From: a virus
Lineage: Duplodnaviria > Caudoviricetes
Length of the DNA stretch: 64,000 nucleotides
IMG/VR virus record: IMGVR_UViG_3300012952_000019
Coordinates: 30,484 to 94,483 of that record
Direction: 5' to 3' (one strand)
This document shows, one piece after another, positions 45,366-55,916 of the stretch (within the stretch, counting starts at the first letter, position 1; each line of letters starts with the position of its first letter). Position numbers and translations under genes: made by a program. The notes beneath the pieces were generated by a model. It worked only from the letters and a program-made list of their open reading frames with translations. It did not search any database and was not told the origin of the DNA.

Positions 45366-48300
45366 ATGGCAAATAGATTACAATTAAGAAGGGGTGGTGC
45401 TCAGGAATGGGCAAACGCAAACCCAACTCTTGCTCAAGGTGAATTGGGTATTGAGTTAGATACTGGTCGATTTAAGATAGGTGATGGTGTATCAGCATGG
45501 AATACCTTGCGATATGAAAGACCTGTCGAATCCATATCTAACACTGCAAACACTCTTGTACAAAGGGATGCTGACGGAAACTTTGCTGCAGGTGTTATAA
45601 CTGCAACTCTAATTGGTAACTCTTCAACTGCTGCTAGACTTTCTTCAACTCGACAAATAACTCTATCTGATGACTTAAGTGCTACAGGAACATTTGATGG
45701 ATCACAAAACTTAAACCTTGCTGCAGAACTTTCTTTAGTTTCAACTCTTCCTCATTATGATGGAACATCTTCTTCATCTGGAACCTATAACAAAGTAACT
45801 GTTGACGCAAAAGGTAGAATTACTGCTGCTCAAGACTTTACTACAAGTAACAATGGAACGCTTGCTGATTACGGTCTAGACGGGACTGTAGAGGGTTCTT
45901 CTGCTCAACCTTATGATTTAGACCTAGTTGCTATTGCAGGTCTCACAACGACTGGTATGCTCGCTAGAACTAGCGGTGGTGCTATGTCAACCAGAACCGT
46001 GACTGGAACTGCAGGAAAGATACAAATACAGAATGGTGCAGGTGTAAACGGTAACCCAACAATTAATTTAATTACTACAACTGTAGTACCTGGCGATTAT
46101 AATACAGAATCTCTAACATCTGTAAGTGCTGTAGGTAGTAGTAATGAACCATTTGGAACTGAGACTGTAAACGCAGTTAAGTTTACTGTTGACGAAGATG
46201 GTAGATTACAGTCATCTACGAACGTTCCTATTGCAACTGCTACTGAAGGTAGTAAGTATGGTGCATTCAATGGTGCTACGAATTATGTAAGATACAATAT
46301 AATTGAAACAGGAAGTAAGATATATCAAGCGATTCAAGATATTAGTTCTGGAGGAATTGCACCAACTCATGTAGATAGTTCAGATACTAATGGTTGGAGA
46401 TACCTCGCTGCAGCTGCAGTAGAACAAAAAGGATTAGCATCATTTGCTCAAGAAGATTTTGATGTAGATTCAAATGGTCACGTTACTATTGCTACATCAG
46501 GTGTAGATAATACACAGATGCAAAATAATAGAATAGGTTTTGCAGATGGTAATACTGTAGAGAATTTTGAGTTAGATCAAGAACTTACAGCAACAACTGG
46601 ATACAGAGGATTTAACTATCTTAACTATGTTAAAGTAAATAATACATCAGGTAGTTTACTTTTTAGTGCTAATAATACAGGTGATAGTGGAAATGGTGAA
46701 GTTGATATTAATGTAAAAACAGTATTCAGTGATCCTGATTTCATGTTCGATGGAGCAGGTACACAACAGATTGATAAGACTGGTGATGGTGATTTCAACA
46801 TAGAACTCACACAAAACACCGCAGTAGATAGAAACCTAACTATAGCTTCTACAAATGCAGGTTCTGGAACTAGCACATTAACTATTACTGCTGAAGATGT
46901 GGTAGATATTGATGCTACTGCTGCTACTGGAAAGGTACATATAGAAACTATGAGATTCCAAGCAGACCATATTGGTGCTGTTGGAGATATTTTAATTGAT
47001 CCTAATGACGATAGAGATGTTAGTGGTCTAGTAACTATTAGAGGAAACTTACAAGTAGATGGAACGACTACAACAGTTAATTCAACAGTCACAACGTTGG
47101 ATGATCCCATTATTACTCTTGGTGGCGATACTGCTCCAGGTAGTGACGACGGTAAAGATCGTGGAGTTGAGTTCAGATACTACGACGCTCAAGCAAGAGT
47201 TGGATTCTTTGGTTACGATAATGACTACACCGATCTCGGAGGACACGTCGGAGGATTCAGATTCCTCTACAATGCCACAAATACCTCGGAGGTATTCGCA
47301 GGAACAGATGCAGGGATCATCACGGGTAATATCAAACTTACAACAAATACAAACTCAACATCTAACACAACTGGAGATTTAGTAGTTGCAGGTGGTGTAG
47401 GTATAGGACAAGATGTTAATATTGGTGGAACAGTTGATATTGATACTAACTTAAGAACTCGTGGAACTACTAGATTTGATGATGAAGTAGTTATTCAAGG
47501 TGCTTCTAAGAACTTCATAATGAAGAACGGAAGTGGAACTGCAAAAATTACTGCAGGATCTACAACTGGTAACATCACTATGGAAGGCATCCTTGCTGTT
47601 ACAGGCAACGTAGATGTAAACACTGACAAGTTTAATATAACAGCATCCTCTGGTAATACTGCTATTGCAGGTACTCTAGTAGTAAGTGATGCTACTACTA
47701 TAAAGGCAGATAATAAATTCTTTAAGATTCAAACTGCTGCGGCTGCAGATAAGTTTACAGTTGATACAGATAACGGTAACACAGTTATATCAGGTGAATT
47801 AAATGTAAACTCAGCTGTCGATCTTGATACAACATTAAACGTAGATGGTGGTGCTACATTCCAAGACAATGTAACACTTAATGCAGATAATAAGATGTTT
47901 AAGATCCAGACAAATGGATCTGTTGATAAGTTTACAGTAGATAGTGATAATGGTAATACAGTTATTGCAGGTCAACTAAATGTAAACTCAGCTGTTGATT
48001 TAGATAACACTTTAAATGTTGATAACGCTGCTACATTCCAACACAATGTAACTATCAATGCTGATAACAAGATGTTCAAGATACAGAACAACTCAGCACA
48101 GGATAAGTTTACAGTTGATACAGATAATGGAAATACAATTATACAAGGAACAGTTGATATAGTCGGAGTTACAACTCTTACTGACAACTTTACAGTTAAC
48201 GGATCTCAAACAACTATTGGTAATGCTAGTAGCGATGTTCTAACTGTTAATGCAGACGCAACATTTACAGATGATCTCACAGTAAATGCAACCGTTGACT

Positions 48301-51300
48301 TTGATTCAACTCTAAATGTTGATGGTCAAGCAACTTTCCAAGATAATATTATCTTGAACGCTGACAATAAGATGTTCAAGATACAGAATAATAGTTCTGT
48401 AGATAAATTTACAGTTGATTCTGATAACGGTAATACAGAAACACAAGGAACATTAACAGTACAAGGTCAAACTAGTATTATTGATTCACTTATAATCAAT
48501 GCTTCTAATGAAAACTTTAAGATTCAAAATGGATCTGCAGTTGATAAGTTTACAGTTGATACTGACAATGGTAATACTAACATTGTTGGAACAATAACTG
48601 TTGGAAGTGCATCACAAATTAATTCTACTCTTGGTGTTACTGGAGTTACAAGTCTAACAAATGCTGCAGACCAAACACTCACAGGATCATATGGTGCAGA
48701 CGGTGGTTTAAGAGTTAGTGGTGGTGCTGCAATTACTAAGAGACTTGCTGTAGGATCTGATGCAAGAGTATATGGTAATACTACATTATCTGGAACTGTA
48801 GATATTGATAATAATACTGATGTATCTGGTAAGTTTAATATTAGCAATACTCAGGATGCTACAAGTTTTGCAGATAATTCTGTAGCATTTACTAATGATG
48901 GTGGTGCAAGGATTACTAAAAATACTTACATTGGTGGTGATCTTGTTGTTTATGATAACACTAACACAAGAGCTGCATTTACTGTTACTAACAATACAGG
49001 AGATGGAGAATTCCATAACGATCTTACAGTTGGAGGTAACTTAATAGTCAATGGAGCAACAACTACTGTCAACAGCACGGTCACAACTCTCGATGACCCT
49101 GTTATTACTTTGGGTGGTGACACAGCACCAGTCTCTAACGATGCTAAGGATAGGGGTGTTGAATTCCGTTACTACGACGGCTCTGCTAAAATTGGGTACT
49201 TCGGATTAGATAGATCATCCTTAGAATTTACATTCTTAACAGACGCTACTAATAATTCAGAAATCTTTACAGGAACTGATGCTCCTTTAAGAATAGGTTC
49301 TCTTCATGTTACAGGTGCAGGACAATCAGTTGACATTGATTCAAATGCAAACATAGATGGAACTCTAACTGTAGATGGTCAAATTACATCTCAGGTATCA
49401 TCAGGACCTGCTCTTGTTATTCCAACAACTGATAAGATTAATAATCTAAACGCAGACTTACTAGACAGTATGACAACTGCGACTGCAAATACTGCATCTA
49501 CAGTTGTCAATAGAGACTCTAGTGGAGACTTTGCTGCTAACATTATTACTGTTGCAAGTGGAACTGGATCAGGTGCAGGTATTCAAGGTAACGCAATTAC
49601 TGCTGACGAATGGAAGACTGCTAGAACATTAACTGTTGACGGTGTTGTAAATGGAACTATAAGCATTAATGGTGGTTCAGATATTACACTTACAACAACA
49701 TTCGATGATCCTGATATAACTGGATTATCAGGAATGACTGGCACAGGTTATGTTGTAAGAACTGCTGCTAATACTTTCGCACAAAGAACTTTACAAGTTA
49801 CAGGATCATCAGGTATAACACTTACAAATGCTGATGGTGTCTCAGGTGACACAACTATTAACGTTGCTTCTACATCTAACAATGCATCTGACAACTTAGT
49901 CTTACGTGATGGATCTGGTAACTTCTCTGCAGGAGAAATTTCTGCAGACCTAAGCGGTAACTTAATTGCTAGTTCCAGTACAGCAAAAACAATAGTTCCT
50001 GTTACTGATTCTGCTTGGAGTCTAGGATCTAATGCAAGTAGATGGTTACAGATTTATGCTGATACTGTTACTTCAACTAATGCAACTATTACTAATATCA
50101 GTGGTGATTTAACTGGTAACTTAGTTGCATCTTCCTCAACAACTAAAACTGTAGTTCCTGCTGCTGATTCTACTTGGTCTATAGGACATACTAATAATAG
50201 ATATTCATACATTTATGGAGATAATTTTGTTGGTGATTCTGCAACTATTACTCAAGTAAATGGTGATTTAAGTGGTAACTTAATTGCTAGTTCCAGTACA
50301 GCAAAAACAATAGTTCCTGCTGCTAACTCTACTTGGAGTCTAGGAGCAACTTCAAATAGATGGGCATATTCATATTCAGATAATTTTGTTGGAACTACAG
50401 CAACTATTACTAATCTTAATGGTGATTTAACTGGTAACTTAGTTGCATCATCTTCCTCAACTAAAACTGTTATTCCTGCAGCTGATAGCACTTGGAATAT
50501 AGGATCTAATACAAACAGATATGCATACATTTATGGAGATAATTTTACTGGTGATAGTGCAAATATTGGTCAAGTAAATGGTGATCTAAGTGGTAACTTA
50601 GTTGCAGCATCTTCCTCAACTAAAACTATAGTTCCTGCTGCTAACTCTACTTGGAATATAGGATCAACTGCAAACAGATACGCATATACCTACTCAAATA
50701 CTTTTGTTGGTACTTCCGCAAATATTGATGATGTTAATGGTGATCTAAATGGTAACTTAACTGCATCTTCCTCAACAACTAAAACTGTAATTCCTGTTCA
50801 AGATTCTACTTGGAATCTAGGATCAACGAATAACAAATATGCTTATGGATATATTAATGCAGCTGTTGGAACTACAGCAACGTATGATAATTTTAATGGT
50901 GATCTAAATGGTAACTTAACTGCTGCATCTTCTACTGCAAAAACAATAATTCCTATTGTTGGTTCTACTTGGTCTCTAGGATCTACAACTAATAAATGGG
51001 CATATCTATATGTTGATACTATCAATGTTACCAATACTATTACTGCTAATGTAACAGGTTCTCTCACAGGTAACGCTGATACTGCAACTGCATTACAAAC
51101 TGCAAGGAACATCGGTGGAACATCCTTTGATGGAACTGCTGATATTACTCCTGCAACTGCAACACAGTCAGCAAATCTTGATAACCATGATACTGATAGT
51201 CTATCAGAAGGAACATCTAATCAATACTATACAGAAGCAAGAGTTCAAGCAAAACTTGACAATGCTTATGATCAACTAAAAGCAATGTTAAGTAATCTTG

Positions 51301-52721
51301 CTACTACAACAACATTAAAACTAAATCTATCAGGAGATCCTACACCTGGTAATGTTGTATCACTTGGATCTATTACAGCAAGTGGTCTAGGAGGATTTAC
51401 AGGAGCAACAGGAGTCGCAACAAATGGTGGAACTGGTGTTGGATTAACAGTTGATACCACTGTAACAAATGGTGCTATAACTGGAATCACATTAAATGCT
51501 GCAGGTACTGGATACTTAATAACAGATACTTTAACACTCACAAATGCTAATGCAGGTGGTGTTGCTACATTGAACCTTGGATCATTAGTAACTGGAACTG
51601 GTGGATTCAGTAATGCAACTGCTGTTGCAACAACTGGTGGATCAGGAACAGGATTAACTCTTGATACTACAGTAGATGCATCTGGAGCAATTACAAACCT
51701 TGTAGTTAATGCTGCAGGAACTGGGTATGCAAATGGTGAAACAATTACACTTACAAATCCTAATGCAGGTGGAGTAGCTACAACAGATACTCTTGTTGTT
51801 GGAACTGGTTACATTGATGGAACTGCAGTTGCAACGACTGGTGGTGGGGGAAGCGGTTTAACAGTAGATGTTACTACATCAGGTGGTCAAGTAACTGGGG
51901 TTGCAGTAAACGCTGCAGGAACTGGATATGCTGTTGATGACACTATTACTATTACTAACCCTAACGGTGGTGGAGTACAAACACTAGGAACTATTGCTAC
52001 TGCAGGAACAGGATACGCTAATGGATCTGGTATTGCAGTTGTTGGAGGAAATGGATCTGGACTAACAGTTGATCTCACTACATCTGCAGGAGTAGTTACT
52101 GGTGTTACAATTAATGCAGATGGATCTGGTTATGCAGCATCTGACGTTGTTACTATTGTAAATGCTAATGGATCAGGTGCTAAGACTCTTGGTTCTATTA
52201 CAACTGCAGGAACTGGATACTCATCTGGAACTGGAGTTGCAACAACTTCAGCTGGATCAGGAACTGGATTGACAGTTGATACTACAGTTGATGGAGATGG
52301 AGCGATAACTGCTGTTACAATAAACAATGATGGATCTGGTTATGCAGCATCTGAAGTTATAACTATTGCAGGGGGTAGTGGAACTGCTCAATTTACTGTG
52401 TCAGAAATACATGGTAATGGTTGCACAATTCCTATATCAGCAGTGTTTGGTAATAACGCAACGTTTGATGTTGCAAGCATATTTGTTAATGCATCAATCA
52501 ATCTTGCTACTGTATTCACAGATGCAACCTTCTCACTATCTGACATTACTGCAATGGAAGTTGGTGGAACAGTAATAGGAGCAACTTCTGGAACTACTGG
52601 AACTATCACTGCTATGGATAGCAGTTCTGTTACTGTTGATAATGTAGATGGATTCTTCAAATCTGGAGAAACTGTTGGTGCTAATGATGTTACTAACTTG
52701 ACTATAAGTTCATTCGGATAA
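45366..52721 (+). CDS. long fibre protein with Mtd_N-like N-terminal domain (2451 aa)
   Basis: N-terminus QLRRG...W...NP.LA.GE.G.E.DTG.FKIGDG...W..L.Y, followed by Gly/Thr/Asn-rich beta repeats. Occupies the wac-like position before gp13. Confidence 0.8.
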   Translation: MANRLQLRRGGAQEWANANPTLAQGELGIELDTGRFKIGDGVSAWNTLRYERPVESISNTANTLVQRDADGNFAAGVITATLIGNSSTAARLSSTRQITLSDDLSATGTFDGSQNLNLAAELSLVSTLPHYDGTSSSSGTYNKVTVDAKGRITAAQDFTTSNNGTLADYGLDGTVEGSSAQPYDLDLVAIAGLTTTGMLARTSGGAMSTRTVTGTAGKIQIQNGAGVNGNPTINLITTTVVPGDYNTESLTSVSAVGSSNEPFGTETVNAVKFTVDEDGRLQSSTNVPIATATEGSKYGAFNGATNYVRYNIIETGSKIYQAIQDISSGGIAPTHVDSSDTNGWRYLAAAAVEQKGLASFAQEDFDVDSNGHVTIATSGVDNTQMQNNRIGFADGNTVENFELDQELTATTGYRGFNYLNYVKVNNTSGSLLFSANNTGDSGNGEVDINVKTVFSDPDFMFDGAGTQQIDKTGDGDFNIELTQNTAVDRNLTIASTNAGSGTSTLTITAEDVVDIDATAATGKVHIETMRFQADHIGAVGDILIDPNDDRDVSGLVTIRGNLQVDGTTTTVNSTVTTLDDPIITLGGDTAPGSDDGKDRGVEFRYYDAQARVGFFGYDNDYTDLGGHVGGFRFLYNATNTSEVFAGTDAGIITGNIKLTTNTNSTSNTTGDLVVAGGVGIGQDVNIGGTVDIDTNLRTRGTTRFDDEVVIQGASKNFIMKNGSGTAKITAGSTTGNITMEGILAVTGNVDVNTDKFNITASSGNTAIAGTLVVSDATTIKADNKFFKIQTAAAADKFTVDTDNGNTVISGELNVNSAVDLDTTLNVDGGATFQDNVTLNADNKMFKIQTNGSVDKFTVDSDNGNTVIAGQLNVNSAVDLDNTLNVDNAATFQHNVTINADNKMFKIQNNSAQDKFTVDTDNGNTIIQGTVDIVGVTTLTDNFTVNGSQTTIGNASSDVLTVNADATFTDDLTVNATVDFDSTLNVDGQATFQDNIILNADNKMFKIQNNSSVDKFTVDSDNGNTETQGTLTVQGQTSIIDSLIINASNENFKIQNGSAVDKFTVDTDNGNTNIVGTITVGSASQINSTLGVTGVTSLTNAADQTLTGSYGADGGLRVSGGAAITKRLAVGSDARVYGNTTLSGTVDIDNNTDVSGKFNISNTQDATSFADNSVAFTNDGGARITKNTYIGGDLVVYDNTNTRAAFTVTNNTGDGEFHNDLTVGGNLIVNGATTTVNSTVTTLDDPVITLGGDTAPVSNDAKDRGVEFRYYDGSAKIGYFGLDRSSLEFTFLTDATNNSEIFTGTDAPLRIGSLHVTGAGQSVDIDSNANIDGTLTVDGQITSQVSSGPALVIPTTDKINNLNADLLDSMTTATANTASTVVNRDSSGDFAANIITVASGTGSGAGIQGNAITADEWKTARTLTVDGVVNGTISINGGSDITLTTTFDDPDITGLSGMTGTGYVVRTAANTFAQRTLQVTGSSGITLTNADGVSGDTTINVASTSNNASDNLVLRDGSGNFSAGEISADLSGNLIASSSTAKTIVPVTDSAWSLGSNASRWLQIYADTVTSTNATITNISGDLTGNLVASSSTTKTVVPAADSTWSIGHTNNRYSYIYGDNFVGDSATITQVNGDLSGNLIASSSTAKTIVPAANSTWSLGATSNRWAYSYSDNFVGTTATITNLNGDLTGNLVASSSSTKTVIPAADSTWNIGSNTNRYAYIYGDNFTGDSANIGQVNGDLSGNLVAASSSTKTIVPAANSTWNIGSTANRYAYTYSNTFVGTSANIDDVNGDLNGNLTASSSTTKTVIPVQDSTWNLGSTNNKYAYGYINAAVGTTATYDNFNGDLNGNLTAASSTAKTIIPIVGSTWSLGSTTNKWAYLYVDTINVTNTITANVTGSLTGNADTATALQTARNIGGTSFDGTADITPATATQSANLDNHDTDSLSEGTSNQYYTEARVQAKLDNAYDQLKAMLSNLATTTTLKLNLSGDPTPGNVVSLGSITASGLGGFTGATGVATNGGTGVGLTVDTTVTNGAITGITLNAAGTGYLITDTLTLTNANAGGVATLNLGSLVTGTGGFSNATAVATTGGSGTGLTLDTTVDASGAITNLVVNAAGTGYANGETITLTNPNAGGVATTDTLVVGTGYIDGTAVATTGGGGSGLTVDVTTSGGQVTGVAVNAAGTGYAVDDTITITNPNGGGVQTLGTIATAGTGYANGSGIAVVGGNGSGLTVDLTTSAGVVTGVTINADGSGYAASDVVTIVNANGSGAKTLGSITTAGTGYSSGTGVATTSAGSGTGLTVDTTVDGDGAITAVTINNDGSGYAASEVITIAGGSGTAQFTVSEIHGNGCTIPISAVFGNNATFDVASIFVNASINLATVFTDATFSLSDITAMEVGGTVIGATSGTTGTITAMDSSSVTVDNVDGFFKSGETVGANDVTNLTISSFG
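47706..48590 (+). repeat. five KIQ....DKFTVD.DNGNT repeats
   Basis: Five copies in the translation, the first three spaced 59 aa apart. Confidence 0.85.
49947..51059 (+). repeat. 7 x 159-bp (53-aa) tandem repeat
   Basis: Unit DL.GNL.ASSS..KT.VP...STW..G....(R/K)(W/Y).Y.Y. Confidence 0.9.
51348..52553 (+). repeat. five telescopically nested GLTVD / G(T/S)GY modules
   Basis: Five ~68-aa units. Only the last is complete, and four ~11-aa closing strands follow. Confidence 0.8.
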
Positions 52722-52727
52722 TAACAA

Positions 52728-53534
52728 ATGTCGGCAACTCAACCCGCAAGTAAAACTGAATTAAAAAACTATGCTCTTCGTAGATTAGGATATCCTACGA
52801 TAGACATCAACGTTGCTACTGAGCAATTAGATGATCTAATAGAAGAGGCAATAGATTACTATCAAGAATATCATTATAACGGAAGTTATAAGGCATTCAT
52901 GAGAATAGAAGTTACTGATGCTATCAAAGCTGCTGCACAAACCTATGATCAACAAGGTTCTACTGCATGGTATGAAGCAAAGAATTATGTTGATTCACCA
53001 CCTGGTATGCTAGGAATTAATCATGTATATACAATGATTGGTGCATCAAGTATAGTACCTGGTAATATTTTTAATATTAAATATCAAATATTTTTAAATG
53101 ATATCTATGCAATGACACATGGACATATATTACATTACTTCTTAACTTCACAGTATCTTGAAACTCTTGATTGGGTAACTAATTCTCAACAGAATCGTAG
53201 AGTTAAATGGAATGAGCATCAAGGAAAAATTTATATGGATATGGATTGGAATGATTTCACTGCAGGAGACTACATACTAGTAGACTGTACTATGAGACAA
53301 GATCCAGACACATATACAGGAATGTATAATGATAACTGGTTAAAGGATTATGTAGAAGCATTATTCCAACAACAGTGGGGTAGAAACTTGAGTAAGTATG
53401 ATGGTATTCAAATGCTAGGTGGTGTTACTTTAAACGGTAGACAGATCTTAGAAGATGGATCAACCTTTAAGAAAGATCTTGAAGAAGAACTTCGTAATCG
53501 TTATGAACTTCCACCTTTAGATTTGGTAGGTTAA
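52728..53534 (+). CDS. gp13: neck protein gp13
   Basis: LRRLG.P.I.INV..EQ.DD.I.EA and WLKDY..AL...QWG.NL.KY.G..M.GGVT.NG motifs. Confidence 0.93.
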   Translation: MSATQPASKTELKNYALRRLGYPTIDINVATEQLDDLIEEAIDYYQEYHYNGSYKAFMRIEVTDAIKAAAQTYDQQGSTAWYEAKNYVDSPPGMLGINHVYTMIGASSIVPGNIFNIKYQIFLNDIYAMTHGHILHYFLTSQYLETLDWVTNSQQNRRVKWNEHQGKIYMDMDWNDFTAGDYILVDCTMRQDPDTYTGMYNDNWLKDYVEALFQQQWGRNLSKYDGIQMLGGVTLNGRQILEDGSTFKKDLEEELRNRYELPPLDLVG

Positions 53535-53535
53535 C

Positions 53536-54462
53536 ATGGCAATTTCTAATACTCCTGCTCAAGATTACGTTCAATCAGACTACAGTCATAGTGCCCGTTT
53601 TAAGGCAAATGGTTCTGAACAGGAACAAAAATTTATTGAAAACTTAGTGGTAGAAAGTATTGAAATTTATGGACAAGACATCTATTATGTTCCGAGGACT
53701 ATCGTCAATCGTGACACAGTTTTCGGAGAAGATTCAGACGGTAAGTTCGAGTCTGCAAAAGCAATCAGAGCATATGTCAATAATGTCGAAGGATGGGAAG
53801 GACAAGGTGAGTTACTTACAAAATTTGGAATACGTATCGAAGATAAAACAACGTTTATATTCTCCCGTGAAAAGTTTAAAGAAAACGTTGACGACTCTAC
53901 AGTCCTTAATGTCGAAGGAAGACCAAACGAAGGGGATCTAATTTGGTTTCCTATAACTAAACATTTATTTGAAATACAATTTGTAGAAGTAGAGAGACCT
54001 TTCTATCAGTTAGGTAGAAATTTTGTATGGGAATGTCAGTGTGAACTCTTCGAGTACAGCGACGAGGAGATCAACACAGGTATCACAGAACTCGATGCTA
54101 TCGAGACTGCATTTGCAAATGCTATTACAGTTGGTCTTGCTGCAGGTGGTAGTGGTGACTTTACTGTAGGTGAGACTGTAACAGGTGGTTCTTCTAATGT
54201 TACTGCTGAAGTTAAGTCTTGGGATTCTGCTACTAGAACTCTTATTGTTATAAATCGTTCTGGAACATTCACCGTTCCCGAAACACTTACAGGAGGCACA
54301 TCTAGTGCATCTTGGACAACCGCATCTTATAACACCATAGATAATAAGAACATCGAGTACGATCAAAACATGGAGTTTGAAACTGCTGATGACGATATTA
54401 TTGACTTCTCCGAATCAAATCCATTTGGAACTGTTGGAAACACTACTGACTTGACAATCTAA
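53536..54462 (+). CDS. gp14: neck protein gp14
   Basis: EQ..E.LV.ESI..YG.D.YY.PR, FGED, RPNEGDLIWFP, PFYQLG and SNPFG motifs. Confidence 0.93.
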   Translation: MAISNTPAQDYVQSDYSHSARFKANGSEQEQKFIENLVVESIEIYGQDIYYVPRTIVNRDTVFGEDSDGKFESAKAIRAYVNNVEGWEGQGELLTKFGIRIEDKTTFIFSREKFKENVDDSTVLNVEGRPNEGDLIWFPITKHLFEIQFVEVERPFYQLGRNFVWECQCELFEYSDEEINTGITELDAIETAFANAITVGLAAGGSGDFTVGETVTGGSSNVTAEVKSWDSATRTLIVINRSGTFTVPETLTGGTSSASWTTASYNTIDNKNIEYDQNMEFETADDDIIDFSESNPFGTVGNTTDLTI

Positions 54463-55493
54463 TGCTAGGAACATACTCTTACCACGAAATATTCAGAAAG
54501 ACCATTGTTGGTTTTGGTACTTTATTCAATAACATTGAAATAAGAAGATCAGATGAGGTTATGAAAGTTCCTCTTGCCTATGGTCCTAAACAAAAATTCT
54601 TAGCACGTTTAGATCAAAATCCTGATCCTACAAATAAAAGAGTTCAGATTACTTTACCTAGAATTTCTTTCGAGATTGCAGGTGTTAACTACGATCCAGG
54701 TAGAAAAGTATCTCCTACTCAGAAGATTAAAATTAATAAAGACGTAGATGAAAATTATAATAGTTACATGCCAGTTCCATATAATTTAGATTTTGAACTA
54801 GCAATTATTTCTAAAAACCAAGATGATGGTCTACAAATTTTAGAACAGATATTACCTGTATTCCAACCTCACTATAATTTACCAGTGAAGTTATTATCTG
54901 CAATGAAAGAGATAAAGGATGTTCCTGTAGTTCTACAATCTATAGACTATGAAGATGATTATGAAGCAGACTTTACTTCTCGTAGAGCAATCATTTATAC
55001 TCTAAGATTTACTGCTAAGACATACCTATACGGTCCTATTACAGAACACAAAATTGTCAGAAAGGCACAGGTCGATTACTATTCATCTACAAATACAACT
55101 ACAGCACCAAGACAGGTTCGTTATACTACTACACCAGAAGCATGGACTGATAAAGATGGAACTGTTGTAACTACCTTGTCCTCTAATATTACTGCTGCAA
55201 CTACTAATATTCCAGTTGCAAGTGCAACAGGTATCGCTAAATGGGATGACCTTTATATTGGTAGTGAACAGATGAAAGTTACTGGTATGACAGGTAACAC
55301 TGTTCATGTACAAAGAGGTCGAAATGGAACTGTAGCAGCAACTGCAGTAGGTGGAGCAAACGTATTTAAACTTGATGCAGCTGATGATGTATTAGTAACT
55401 TCTGAGGATGATTTTGGTTTCAATGAAACAACTTCATTCTATCAAGACATGAAGAAATACAATCCTGTGAGTGGTGCAGATGAATCCATTTGA
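54462..55493 (+). CDS. gp15: tail sheath stabiliser / terminator gp15
   Basis: FGTLFNNI, VPLAYGPKQKFLARL, LPRISFE, PVPYN and QILEQILP.FQP motifs. Confidence 0.93.
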   Translation: MLGTYSYHEIFRKTIVGFGTLFNNIEIRRSDEVMKVPLAYGPKQKFLARLDQNPDPTNKRVQITLPRISFEIAGVNYDPGRKVSPTQKIKINKDVDENYNSYMPVPYNLDFELAIISKNQDDGLQILEQILPVFQPHYNLPVKLLSAMKEIKDVPVVLQSIDYEDDYEADFTSRRAIIYTLRFTAKTYLYGPITEHKIVRKAQVDYYSSTNTTTAPRQVRYTTTPEAWTDKDGTVVTTLSSNITAATTNIPVASATGIAKWDDLYIGSEQMKVTGMTGNTVHVQRGRNGTVAATAVGGANVFKLDAADDVLVTSEDDFGFNETTSFYQDMKKYNPVSGADESI

Positions 55494-55908
55494 AGGACTA
55501 GATAAAACTTTTGGAGCTGAACCATCAGATCTAAAAAAACATGTAGAGAAAGTTAAACCTTCTCTTAAAAAAACAGAGACTGAGGATGTAAAGCAAGACT
55601 ATGAGGTCAGTCGTGCTCAACTACATAATCTTGTAATGAAAGGACAGGAGGCAGTAGATGGCATACTTGATGTGGCACGAGCGTCAGATCATCCTCGTGC
55701 TTATGAGGTGGCAGGGCAACTCATCAAAAATGTGGGAGATGTAGCAGATAAGTTAATTGATTTACAACAAAAGATGAAAGAACTTGATAAAGAAGAGAAA
55801 AAAGGTCCTACAAATGTTACTAATGCTATGTTTGTAGGGAGCACATCAGACTTACAGAAGATGTTGAAGCAACAAAAGAACATAAATAATAACACTGACA
55901 AAACATAG
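55471..55908 (+). CDS. gp16: terminase small subunit gp16
   Basis: DYE.SR, A..SDHPRAYEV and FVGSTSDLQK motifs. The start may be the ATG at 55480. Confidence 0.9.
   Translation: MVQMNPFEGLDKTFGAEPSDLKKHVEKVKPSLKKTETEDVKQDYEVSRAQLHNLVMKGQEAVDGILDVARASDHPRAYEVAGQLIKNVGDVADKLIDLQQKMKELDKEEKKGPTNVTNAMFVGSTSDLQKMLKQQKNINNNTDKT
55882..55888 (+). promoter_or_regulatory. T4-like late promoter (ATAAATA)
   Basis: In the 3' end of gp16, 28 nt before the ATG at 55917. Confidence 0.65.
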
Positions 55909-55916
55909 ACACGACA

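Noticed and set aside
45366-45520. Mtd_N-like domain suggesting a diversity-generating retroelement
   Set aside because: No reverse transcriptase and no template/variable repeat pair differing at adenines was seen. Mtd_N is a common fibre attachment domain.
47100-47340. Patch richer in C-ending codons, suggesting a recent import
   Set aside because: Similar patches occur in conserved genes such as gp14, and I could not quantify it by eye.
49947-51059. Regularly spaced DNA repeats resembling a CRISPR array
   Set aside because: These are in-frame 159-bp coding repeats with homologous spacers, and there are no cas genes.
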